DNA of 64,000 bases, taken from assembly GCA_002104945.1 (NCBI GenBank), contig MCFH01000044.1:310001-374000 (forward strand), written 5' to 3'. This document shows positions 27,321 to 39,810 of the stretch, piece after piece; positions within the stretch are counted from its first letter, which is position 1, and each line of letters opens with the position of its first letter. The stretch is from Piromyces finnis finn. Its lineage: Eukaryota; Fungi; Neocallimastigomycota. The notes beneath the pieces were generated by a model, which searched no databases, was not told where the DNA came from, and saw nothing but the letters and a program-made list of their open reading frames with translations. Made by a program: the position numbers and the translations under genes.

Positions 27321-29836
27321 TTAATTTCTTGTTTTCTTGGCAGGTATATTACCAAGATAAGTTGGATCTTGTGATGGATATAATATAGGTTGTGCTCCTG
27401 GAGCACCTGGTGGTGGTGGAGGAACCATTTTTGATAAATCTGAATATGAAAGTTGATTATATGATGGTGTTTGTTCCGTTTCTAAAAAAAAAAAAAAATA
27501 AAAAATAACGAGTTAATATATATTTTAAAACTTAATACTATATAAAAAAAAAATATATTCTTACTTGAATTATCTTTTGATTCTGATTTTGGTCCTTGGG
27601 CCTTTGGTTTTCCCCATTGCACGCGAATAACGTGATCATTAATATTACAATTATTATATGCCTTTTCTACAGCTAATTCTGCACCACTACGTGTTGCAAA
27701 GTTTATGAAAGCGCATTTTGATTTGTAAATAATAACAACTGATTTTATTTCACCAAATGCATAGAAGAAATTTCTTATATCTTTTTCGGTAATATCACTT
27801 TCAATACCAGTTAAAAAAAGACTAGTAATTGATTCATCTTCTGGTTTTTTTAATTTATGAGCTTTATTTGTTCTATTTAGCATCTATTTAATTTATTTAA
27901 TTGACAATAATACAATAATATTTAATATCAAGGATTTATTAAAACAATAATAATTAATAAAGAGAATACAGAATTATACCTTTTGTGCAACTGGATCATT
28001 AGTACCAAAGTAACGATCTTTAATATTTTGTTTAATTAACTCATTTTCTTTAGGTAATTCATGACTTTATGATATATAAAATAATAATTATTTAGTAAAT
28101 TACTATATATTTAGAGTTTAAATATTATTGATAAATATTTACCGGTATGGGCATTCTTCACCACGTTTGCATTCTCCTTTAACAAAAAATGAACAAATAT
28201 GTGGACGATTACGTTTGTAATATGGTTCTGTCCTTGCCATACGTTTTAATGACTCACGTGCTAAAGAATCAACGCGACCATAACTTGTAACAGTTGCACC
28301 ATGACTTAACTAATGTAATATATTAAAATATATTGTTTTCAAAAATAATTAACATAATAATATGTAAGTAATAAATATTTTAAAATTTTCATATTTTATA
28401 TATAGTATTTACTTGTTTATCCATGTTTTGTGAATAGTATTGTAAATTTATATCAGAAGTTGGCATTTCACTTGCTGTATTTAAAACAGTATCTCTAACT
28501 TGAAGTGGTAATCCTTTATTGAATTAAATAGATATATAAAATATAATATAAAGTTAATTATTTATTATATTATCGGTTATTTAGAAAAAAAAACATTAAA
28601 TACCATTTTCTAAATCTAAAATACAAGTTTGACAAGCATTTTTTAATTTTGCACAGGTTTGACATATTTCTGTTTTTTTATAACGCATACCAGCACCTGG
28701 ACACCATTTAAATATAGTAAATGGCTTACCACAAATCTTTTTTGTTTAATTAAAAAATAATAAATAAATTAAAACAATGTAATAACACATTAATTTTGAA
28801 AAAAATATAATATATAAATAACTTACTTTGCATTCTTTACCATAACCTTGTCTGGTCTTTTATATTGTGATTAATAAAATAAAAAATTAGATTATTTTTA
28901 TTATAACTATTTATATTATTAATTATGAACATACCATTCTAACATATGGATTATCACCAAGGCATGTTTCACATAAAATTGGAAATTCCTTAATATTAAA
29001 TTTTAATATAATAATAATAATTATAAGTATTACTAAAAATTTTAATAAAAAAAAATAAAGAAAGATAATTCAGTTAAAGGAGACATTAGTATTTCATTTT
29101 TTTTTCACATTGATTTTTTTTTTAATATCAATATAACAATAATTTTAAGATTTTAATAAATAAATAAAAAATAAACTATTAAATTAAATTTGATTTATAA
29201 AAGTGAATTTCTAAAATCTATTTAATAAAATTTCTGTTTCTTTAATAATCATATACTTTTGATAAATATTGAGAATTGATGTTTAATAATCTAATAATTT
29301 ATACAATATAATATTAGAATTATATGTATATAAAAATTTTTATATTTTTAGTTAATATAGATAATTTAATGATTCTTTTAGTAAATTCAAATGAATATTA
29401 ACTGTACTAAAAATATAATATAAATTATTTGCTTCTACTGATTTTTTTTTTTTTTTTTTTTCATCTTATTATTTTATTATTGTTATATATATTATTGATT
29501 AATTCTTTTTATTTTACACAATTCTTATCTTCTTTCTTTTAATCCTAATATTTTAAAATCTATAAAATAATAAAAATTAAAAAATATATTACAGTTAATT
29601 TATTTTCATAAGTAAAATTATATATATTAATATTAAATTAATATAATTTGGTTTCATTATATTGACTTTAAAAACAACATATATTATTTTAAAATATTAG
29701 TTTATATTGTTTTAAATCTAATTTTAAATCTAATGTCTTTTACTTTAACCTTATTTTAAATATTATAAAATATTATAATTTTGAAAATCAAAAATAATAT
29801 ATTTACAGAATCTTCCCACTCTTGTCTAGTCGCCAT
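27321..29836 (-). CDS. RBM22: Pre-mRNA splicing factor RBM22/Slt11/Cwf5, multi-exon
   Basis: [10 protein letters not shown]|[18 protein letters not shown]|[10 protein letters not shown]|[42 protein letters not shown]..., followed by a CCCH finger ([19 protein letters not shown]) and an RRM (track ORF 27482-27883). All introns are GT-AG. Confidence 0.95.
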
Positions 29837-30310
29837 TTTATATTCTGTTTTTTGATAAATATGTACTTGTATTTATACTAATATATTTATATTTTTCTCT
29901 TTTTAAAAATATATATTTAAAAATTATTTTTAAATAAAAAAAAAACTAAAAAGTCTAATGAAATTTTAAATCAATTTTATTATTTCATATTTCATAAAAT
30001 AGATATATGTATATATATCATAATTTCCCGTGATTTGATTTATAAATTTTTATTATTTATACATTAATATTATTAATATTGAATTTTTAACATCAAAAAA
30101 AAAATTTTTTTAATTATATCATATTTCATCATATTTATATTTATAATATATAATTAATTATAACTTAATATTTATACTTGTATTTGTATATTTATATGTT
30201 CAAAATAGTTCAAAATCTTATAATTCACACTTAATAAATTAAATAAATAATTATTTTATATTTTGTGTTACATAATTATTAAATTGATTTTCAAAAAATA
30301 AGATTTTATA

Positions 30311-30597
30311 GCGTATAACATGTGATTAGTTATATGTTAACGCCACATTGTTTAAATATAAAAGCTTTAATGTTTATAACTTATTAACCTTTTTTTTATA
30401 ATATTTTTAACACTTCATATTTAAACTATAGTAGAACTATATTCTACTTTATAAATTATTAAAGGATATTAATAATGATTAATACCATATAATAAGCTAT
30501 ATGTTTAAATATTAAATATAATTAAATATATTATATTCTCATATTTGTGTGTGGCGCAATATATTAAGTAGGAAGTAATAAATTAAGATTTTTACTT
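30311..30597 (+). ncRNA. Candidate structured non-coding RNA of unknown class
   Basis: Five to six nested or adjacent helices, with G-U pairs consistent with the + strand (details in findings). I recognised no family motif. Confidence 0.35.
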
Positions 30598-31074
30598 GTA
30601 AATAATTTTATTTTATTTTATTTTATTTTATTTATTGAATTATAAGAAATTTGTTGAATTTTAATGATTAAGATTTAAAATAAAAATTATTAATTAATAT
30701 ATTGATAACCCATTAATATAATATAAAACAATTTAATAATTAAGCATATTAAATTGTTAAATAAAAATGAATTACATATATTAATTAATTATTTTATTAT
30801 CTATTGTTAATGAAGAATATTATAACTTTATTTAGTATAATAATAAATATTTAAAAACAAAAAATTGAAAATGAAATAAAATTTTTAAAAACCGGGAAAA
30901 GTTAAATTCATAAAATAAATCTTTAAAAAACTTTTAGATTAATTTAATAATAAAAGTTATTAAATAAAGAATTATTATTTTATAATTTTTTATTGAAATA
31001 ATAATAAATTCCATTACACTTTAATAAAATCAAAATTAAAATTGTTATTCTAATTTGTATTAATTTTTTTCAAA

Positions 31075-31878
31075 ATGAGAAGAATATTATATAATATTTT
31101 ATTAATTATTTCAAGTGTAATTGCTAATAATTTGAATTTAAACATTAAACGAGAAATCAATTCTACATTTAAATATAAAAATGAAATAGCAAATGTTTTA
31201 CAAAGTCTTGGTTTTGATTCAAACATTATACTAACAAATGCTTCAGAACAATGTCTAACTAGTATTGAAAACACATATGATTGTTTCCAATCTGTTAATA
31301 CTTTATTCCAAGTAACCAATACAAATCCTCAAAATTTTGAAGAAATTTGTAATATATATAATTCTCAAAGTTGCGATTATTTCAGAAATACCGTTGTTTC
31401 TGGAAATAGTGGTTGTGTTAATCAATACGATCAAATGTATTTTAGCTTAAACTTTGATATGTCAATATTTTATTATGTAAGTACTTGTACTAAAAACTCA
31501 AAAAATGAATACTGCCCAGCAGTAGGATTCTATAGAAATATACTTTCTAATGATATTTCAAATGTGACAGACTTTAATAAGGTAGAAATTACAAATCAAA
31601 GTTGTAATGATAATAATTGCATTGACCAAATGAAAAAAATAATTGCTTTAACATCATCTGTTTCAAAAGTGTTTGAATTAACATTTACTCTTAGTGGAGA
31701 AACACAAGAATCTCTTAACCAAATTAAAAATGCTTTAGATGTTGTTGCAATGGATAATGTGATTAAATCATGTAATAATAATCATAACAATAATGTTATA
31801 TCTAATGCTATGGCAATTAATATATCATTAGTCTTTACTATCATTATTATGATGTTTTCATTTTTATTTTTCTTTTAA
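31075..31878 (+). CDS. Secreted Cys-rich protein with predicted GPI-anchor signal, 267 aa, unknown function
   Basis: Hydrophobic N-terminus, about 10 spaced Cys residues, C-terminus SNA plus a hydrophobic tail ending at the stop; no introns. Confidence 0.8.
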   Translation: MRRILYNILLIISSVIANNLNLNIKREINSTFKYKNEIANVLQSLGFDSNIILTNASEQCLTSIENTYDCFQSVNTLFQVTNTNPQNFEEICNIYNSQSCDYFRNTVVSGNSGCVNQYDQMYFSLNFDMSIFYYVSTCTKNSKNEYCPAVGFYRNILSNDISNVTDFNKVEITNQSCNDNNCIDQMKKIIALTSSVSKVFELTFTLSGETQESLNQIKNALDVVAMDNVIKSCNNNHNNNVISNAMAINISLVFTIIIMMFSFLFFF

Positions 31879-33692
31879 TTATATTAATGTGTTTTAAAAA
31901 TACGAAATGTTCTATCTTTTATAATCTTGTTATTATTATAACATAATACAGTGTATTCTATAGAAATAAAATTACTAAAAATGTTATTACTGTAAATGTT
32001 TTTTAAAAATATTGCTTTTATTATTATAATATTTATTATTTTTATTATTTTATTATGTACTACGTTAATTGTAATGTTAACCAATGGTATTTTAAATCGT
32101 AAAATATAATTATAATTACTAAATTAAATGGAAATGTATACGTTAATGTAACTACAATGTATGGAGGTTCATCCATCCATAATTAAATAAATTTAATGGT
32201 TAATTCTTATTAAAATGAGCATTAAAAGTGCAAATAATTAATAGCCATTACACGTATATAATATTAATTATGATAAATATAATAAATACTTAAATTAGCA
32301 TTTCTTTAATAAGCCTTCACAAATAAACAGTAAAATAATGAATAAATAATAAAATGATATTCAGTTATATTTTAATAAAATTGTATTTTTTCATATTATT
32401 TAATATTAAATTTTTTAAATTAATTATTAAACAAAGTTTTAATAAGAATATTAAAAGTTTTTTAAATTAATATATTTTATTTAAAAAGAATTTTTCTTTT
32501 CTTTTTTTTTATTATATTTATATTTACAGTGAAATTATTATTATAATAATAATTTATTTTTCTTTTTTAATTAAAAATTTCTTTCTTTTTTCTACATATT
32601 AAAATAAAGACATCTAATAATCGTTATAAATAATAGCAAAAGTAGAAAAAGAACAATAATAATAAAATTATAATAATAATAGTAAAAAGATAACAAAATA
32701 AAAAGAAATATACAAAGTGACAATAAGTTCAAATTCAAATAAGCTTTCCTTTGTTTTGTTTTGTTTTTTTTTTCTTTTCAAACCTCAAATATTTATATTC
32801 GCTAAACTGGACATAAAAAATTAAAGGATATTTGACGAAGAATGTAAAGAATTGTTTTTTATTGTTTACAATTTTATAAATGTTCCATAAATATATTCAA
32901 AGAAATGTTTATTTATAATTTAATTTTAAATAAATTATTATAAAATTTATACCTTGCTTAATAATATTTAATATTAAAACTTCCATATTTTATAAATGAT
33001 ATATAATTTATTTGAAATAAATTATTCAAAGTATTGATTTGTTAGTTTGTAATTATTAAAAACTCATAAGCCAAAAATACAATTTGTAGAGATTGATTTA
33101 TGGAAACATTCAATATAATAAAAATAAAAAATAAAAAAAAAAAGGATAACAGAATACAAAACGAAAAATAAAACATATACACAAAATAAAAAAGAATATT
33201 TTTTACTATATTGATAAGTTCAAAAATAAAGAATAATATTAAATATATGAAAGTTTATAATTCGAAAATAACATTTTCCATAAATTTTTTTTTTGATTAA
33301 ATAACTTTTTACAAACATTTATTTTATATAATTATTTTATATTTTTTTTATTTCATATTTGCATCATATTATGAAAGTATATTATAGGAAATATGAAAAA
33401 AGTACTAAAATAAAATGATTTTATTCATAAATTTCAAATAAATCAGATATATTAAATTAAATACGTTTTAATAAAACTTATGATTTGTATATATAGATAT
33501 AAATAATATATATAATGCAAATTATTTATAAAGCATTTCAATACTTTTTTAAATAAAAATTAAAAAAAAAATAGAAAAAAAATAAAAACTAAAGTTTTTT
33601 CATATTCAAATTTTTAAAATTTTAAAACTAATATACTTCTTTTTTTATTATAAAGTTTAAATTTTAAAAACATAGATAGTTTTAATAAAAAA

Positions 33693-36600
33693 ATGAATCA
33701 AAATTATGGACAAGGTAGTTTCAGACCACCAATGACTAATCAACAGCAACAAAACTGTAAGAAAAAAAAAACTAATTTAATAATATATACATTATTTTTA
33801 AATAAATATGTCATTCTATTTTCCTAAAATAAAAATTCTAAATTATTTAATATGAATAATACAAAAACATATTGATATTTGATATACTATATATATTATA
33901 TATAATAGTTATGCCAAATTTTGCTAATCAAAATATGATGGGAGGTCAACAAACAAATGGTAATATTCAACCACCAATGATGACTAATCAAACAAATTCA
34001 CCCCAAGTTGCTAATCCACAAATGATGGGTCAAACTCAACAACAAAATATTCCAAATGCTGCAACCTCAGGTACTCCACAAATGGCAAGACCACAAATGA
34101 TGGCTAGACCACCAATGATGGGCGCAGTTCAATCACCAATGCAAACTGCTGCACAATCACCAATGGGTAGACCACCAATGATGAATGCTGCCAGTATGCA
34201 GTCCCCATTACAAACTAATGCTGCACAATCTCCAATGACTCGACCACCAATGATGGGTGCTGCTGGTATACAGCAAACACCCGTTATGCAACAAGCAAAT
34301 GCTACCCAATCTCCAATGGCTAGACCACCAATGATGGGTGCTGGTATTCAATCACCAGCTCAACAAATGGCTAGACCACCAATGATGGCTGGTATGCAAC
34401 AAGCAGGAGCTTCTCAATCACCAATGGCTAGACCAGCATTCAACATGCCACCACCAAATCAAATGGTTAGACCAGGATATGGTATGAATCAAGCTGGTGC
34501 TCCACCAACTGGCTTAAGTAATCAACAACCCCAACAAAAAATTGCACCACCACCAACTCAATCCCAACAAGTTCAACAACAAGCCCAACAACAAACTCAA
34601 CAACAAATGATTCCAGGTGTTCCTCCAACTGGTAATAATCAAATGATGAGTAATACTAATAGAAGTCCAAGTATTCCACCACCACCAATGGCTGGTCAAC
34701 CATATCAACCACAAATGCAAAGACCACCAATGGCTGGTCAAGCAATGCCTGGTCAACCAGATATGAATAATCTTTCAAATCAAATGAATAATATGTACCT
34801 TAATCAACAACAACAACAACAACAACAATATATGAATCAAAGCCCAAGCAATGTAACTTTTAATATAAATATAAACAATTATTCATAAATTTTTCACTAA
34901 TAAAAGTATATAATTTAACTTTATTATTATAATTTTTAAATTAATATAATTATTTGAATTATTAAATTGATCTGAAACGACAGCAATTTGTTAATAACAA
35001 AAGGGTTTACAATCAACAACCAAATCAAATGCAACAAATGCAACAACAGCAACAACAACCACCACAAGCTAAACCAGCAAGTCGTTCTCGTATCGATCCA
35101 AACCAAGTTCCAAATCCAATTAGTGTTGAAGAAGCTGATCAAGAGTTATATAATCAACAACCATACTTAACTTCACAAATATCTATGCCACAAAAATCAA
35201 TGCCACCACTTGTCACTACCGAAGTTAAAGTTATTGACGATGGTATGAAAAAACAAGAAAAAAAATTTTAATATTAAAATTAAAAGAGTTCTTTAAAAGT
35301 AATAGTATTAGTAATTGTTAAATATTTTATATTGAAAACTTATCAGGAAACTGTAGTCCACGTTTCATGAGATTAACATCATACAATATCCCTTCATCTG
35401 AAGATATTCTCAATTCATCAATGCTTCCATTAGGTTTAATTATTCAACCATTAGCAGAAGTTCCACCATATGAAGTATAATTTTATTTAATTTAAAATAT
35501 TATATATAAATATTATTAAAATATTAAAAATTGTTTTTAATTCTTTATAAAAAGGAACCAATTCCATTAATTGATAATGGTGAAAATGGACCAATTAGAT
35601 GTCGTCGTTGTAAGGGTTACATTAACCCAGGTGTTGCTTTCGTAGATGGAGGTCGTCGTTATATTTGTAATTTATGTGGATGTGACAACGTTGGTAAGTA
35701 TTGTTATATGGTTTTTATAAATTCATGTTTTATTAAATATTCATTAGATTATGTTATTATTGTTGTAATTACTAATTATATATAAGAACAATCTTAATTA
35801 TTAATAAAATATTAATGCTTTTTTTTTATAATAAACTATTTTAGTAACTGATGAATACTTCTGTAACTTAGATATGAATGGTAAACGTTGTGATTTATAT
35901 AGAAGACCAGAATTAACCCATGGTACAGTCGAATACATTGCAAATAAGGTATAAGAAATAATAGTTAAATAATTAAAAACTTAAATAGATAAAAAATTAT
36001 AATAATAATATTTATTTTGGATTTTATTACTAAAGGACTTTATGGAAAGAGATCCTGTTCCAATTACATATATATTTGTTATTGACGTTTCATTCAGTGC
36101 CTCTTTGAATGGTTTAATTAGCAAAACTTGTGAAGCTTTAAAGGGTATGTTCTCTCAAGAAGTTTCGCAATTCCCACCAGGTGCTAAAGTTGGTTTCATT
36201 ACTTACGATAGAAATGTCTATTTCTATAATATTAAGGTAAAATATTTAAGAACATCTATTTTAGAAATAAATATAATAACCATGAAAATATTTTAATTAA
36301 TGCTATATAAATTTTATAAAAAAAAAGGCTGAATTAGACCAACCACAACAACTCATTGTACCAGATGTTGATGATATATTCATTCCAATTAACGATGGTT
36401 TTATAGTTGAAATTGAAAAATCAAAGTAAATTATAATATATTTTGAATATATAAATGATATAGATTCTAATAAATAATTTTGATAATATTAAATGAAATT
36501 TCCTTTAATTTTATTTAATTTTTTTAATAGGAAAAACATTATTCGTTTATTAGATATATTACCAGGTATGTTTGAAAATAACCATATTAACGATCATTCT

Positions 36601-38903
36601 TTAGGTGCTGCTTTCCAAGCTGCTACTATTGCATTAGTATGTCTTTAACTCGTTTTAGTTATAAATCATTATTAAATAATTATTATTATAAAAGTTTAAT
36701 AACATTTCTAAATGTAATTAATTTAAAAGAAACCAACTGGTGGTAAGATTAGTTTATTTGCTTCATCTATTCCATCCTATGGACCAGGTGCATTAAAGGT
36801 CAGACAAGATGCTAAATTATTGGGTACTGATAAGGAAAGATCATTATATGAACCACAAGATAATTGGTATAAGCAAATTGCTCAAAAGTGTGCTACTGGT
36901 GGTATTACTGTAGATACTTTCTTACTTCCAGCAGAATTTATTGATGTAGCAACTGTTGGTATGTTTTGTTTTTCAATTATTTATTGTTGAAAAATATTAA
37001 AATATATAATATTATTCTAATAAAAACTTAAAAAACTTCTTAATAAATTAATTATAAAACCTTTTTATCCACAATCCACACTATATTCTATTTTAATAGG
37101 TATTCTCGCTTCTTTAACTGGTGGTAATATTTACTTCTATCCACAATTCGATCAAACTAAGGATAGTATTCGCTACATTAATGATATTATATTCAGTCTT
37201 AGACGTAGCTTCGGATATGACGCATTACTTAGAGTTCGTGCTTCTGATGGTTTAAGAGTTGAAGAATATCTTGGTAACTTCTATATGACAAACTCCACTG
37301 ATTTAGAATTACCTGGTTTAAGTTCAGACACTGCTTTTGGTGTTACACTCAAATACGATTTCAAGTTAAACGATAATCTTGATTCTGCCTTCCAATGTGC
37401 TTTATTATATACTACTGTTACTGGTCAACGTCGTATTCGTATTCATACTTTAACTGTTTCATCAACATCTCTTCTTGGTGATGTCTTCAAATTCTCTGAA
37501 TTAGACACTACTTTGAACTACTTAGTTAAGTCAGGTAAATATCATTTAAAAAATTAATATATTAAATTGAATATATAAATTGTCCTAATAATTATTCTAT
37601 TAAATACTGAAAATACCAAATTATGGTTGTTATAATTACTTCTTTTTCAATTATATTTTTTTTTCATTATTATATAGCTGTTGCTGAAATGTTTAACCAA
37701 TCAGTAAAGAATGTTAGAGAAAACTTAACTGATGAATGTGTAAAGATTTTAACTTCTTACCGTAAGCATTGTGCTACTTCAACTGCTCCAGGACAAGTAT
37801 GTGACTTTATCTTACATAATAATACATTTAATGCATTCATTATATAAATTAACAGCAAAAACATAATATACTAATAAATAACATTTATTTAATTAAACAT
37901 ATAGTTAATTTTACCAGAATCATTTAAATTATTACCATTATTTATACTTTGTATCTTAAAGCTTGGTGCATTTAGACTCGGTAATTATTATTATAATTAA
38001 TTATATTTAATATATATATAATATTGTTTAATCTATTAATTATGGTAAATTAATGAATTCTATTCATGTACATAAAAAATATAGATCTTGATTCACCAGA
38101 TGTTAGAGTTAATGCATTAAGACTTTTAGGAAATATGAATACTCCAACTTTAATGTCACTTCTTTATCCAAAGATTTATGATTTAAATAATTTAGAAGAA
38201 GTAAGTAAATAAAGTAACAACATTTAGAGTAGAAAGTAAATATTTAAATAAACATTGTATTTCTTATAAATAGATTGGAGATCCAGATGCCAACGGAAAT
38301 ATAAAATTACCATCAAGAGTAAGAGCTTATGAAAAATCAATTAAAACAAATGGAATATATTTATTAGGTAATATTAAATCATTTAAAACATGATAATTTC
38401 TTAAATATTATTTTTATTTATTTATTTATTTATTATTCTATTAATAATTGCTTGGCTTTTTTTTTTTTTTTAATATTTCACAGAAAACGGACTACAAATG
38501 ATTCTTTGGATTGGAAAGTCTGTTCCAGAACAATATATTAAGGATATATTTAACGTCGAATCAATAGATAAGGTTGATTCAAGAATGGTAAGTTGATTTA
38601 ATTATAACAATTTAATAATAATTGAAACATATACTTAGTTTTTTTTTTTCCTTCAATTGAATATAGCACTTATTACCAATATTAGATAATCCAAATTCTA
38701 AGAAGGTTCGTGCCATTTTAGCAAAGGTACAATCACAAAGTAAATGTTTCCTTGAATTAAAGATTATTCGTAACCAAATAGATTCTTTAATGGATATTCG
38801 TTTCAATAATTCCTTAGTAGAAGACAAGACAACATATATGTCATATGTTGAATACTTGTGCTATATTCATAAACATATTCAAAATGAAATAAGTAATAAT
38901 TAA
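33693..38903 (+). CDS. SEC24: COPII coat subunit Sec24 (Sec24C/D/Sfb3-like), ~17 exons
   Basis: P/Q/M-rich N-terminus, RIDPNQVPNP, GNCSPRFMRLTSYNIP, zinc finger PIRCRRCKGYINP..YICNLCG, trunk motif YIFVIDVS, LLYTTVTGQRRIRIHT, APGQLILPESFKLLP and a C-terminal gelsolin-like region. Introns are GT-AG. Confidence 0.95.
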
Positions 38904-39674
38904 ATTTAATTTTTTATTTATTTATTTATTTCAATGCAAAAAAGGAAAGAAAGAAAAAAAGATATTTAAAAAAGAAGTGAAAAAAAAATACTTATTCCCA
39001 CATTCTAAACATTTTGAATTTTTTTATATATTGTTATTAAATTTAAATGAATTTACAAATATACATAAATATAAAAATAAATATGAAAAAGAAATATTCT
39101 TTTGAATAATTATTTTACATTTTAATTAAAAGAAAAAGAAATTTCAAAAATCAAAAAAAAATATATAAATAAATAAAAATAATAAATAATAATTTTAGCA
39201 TTTAAACTTTACATTAAAAAAATAAATTTGATAAAATTAATAAAAATAAAAAAAAAAAAGAAAGAAAAAAACATACACCTATATATAAATATATAAATAT
39301 AAGCAATAAAAAAAAATTTTAAAATTATAATAATAAAAAAAAAAAAAAAAAAAAGCATCATTATTTAAAATAAAATAAAAAATTAATAATAAATAAACAA
39401 TATTAACATAAAAGAATTTCGATCTATTTTGCATAACATTTTAAAATTAAAAAAAAAATATATATATATATATAATTATGTTAAAAATGATGTGTATACT
39501 CTATGTAAAAAATTGTTCATTTATTAAAAATCATATAATAATAATTATAATTTTATCAAAAAGTTTAAATAATAATTCATTGATTTATAAATATTTTTCA
39601 ATAAAGATGGATAAAAAAAAAAAGAAATAATATAGAATCATAAAGTTAAAGAATATTGATCTTTATTATTTCAT

Positions 39675-39810
<136 letters not shown>

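Noticed and set aside
29076-29083. AAAGGAGA resembling the U6atac 5'-splice-site box
   Set aside because: The following GAAGGUUAGC catalytic segment is absent, so this is a chance 8-mer.
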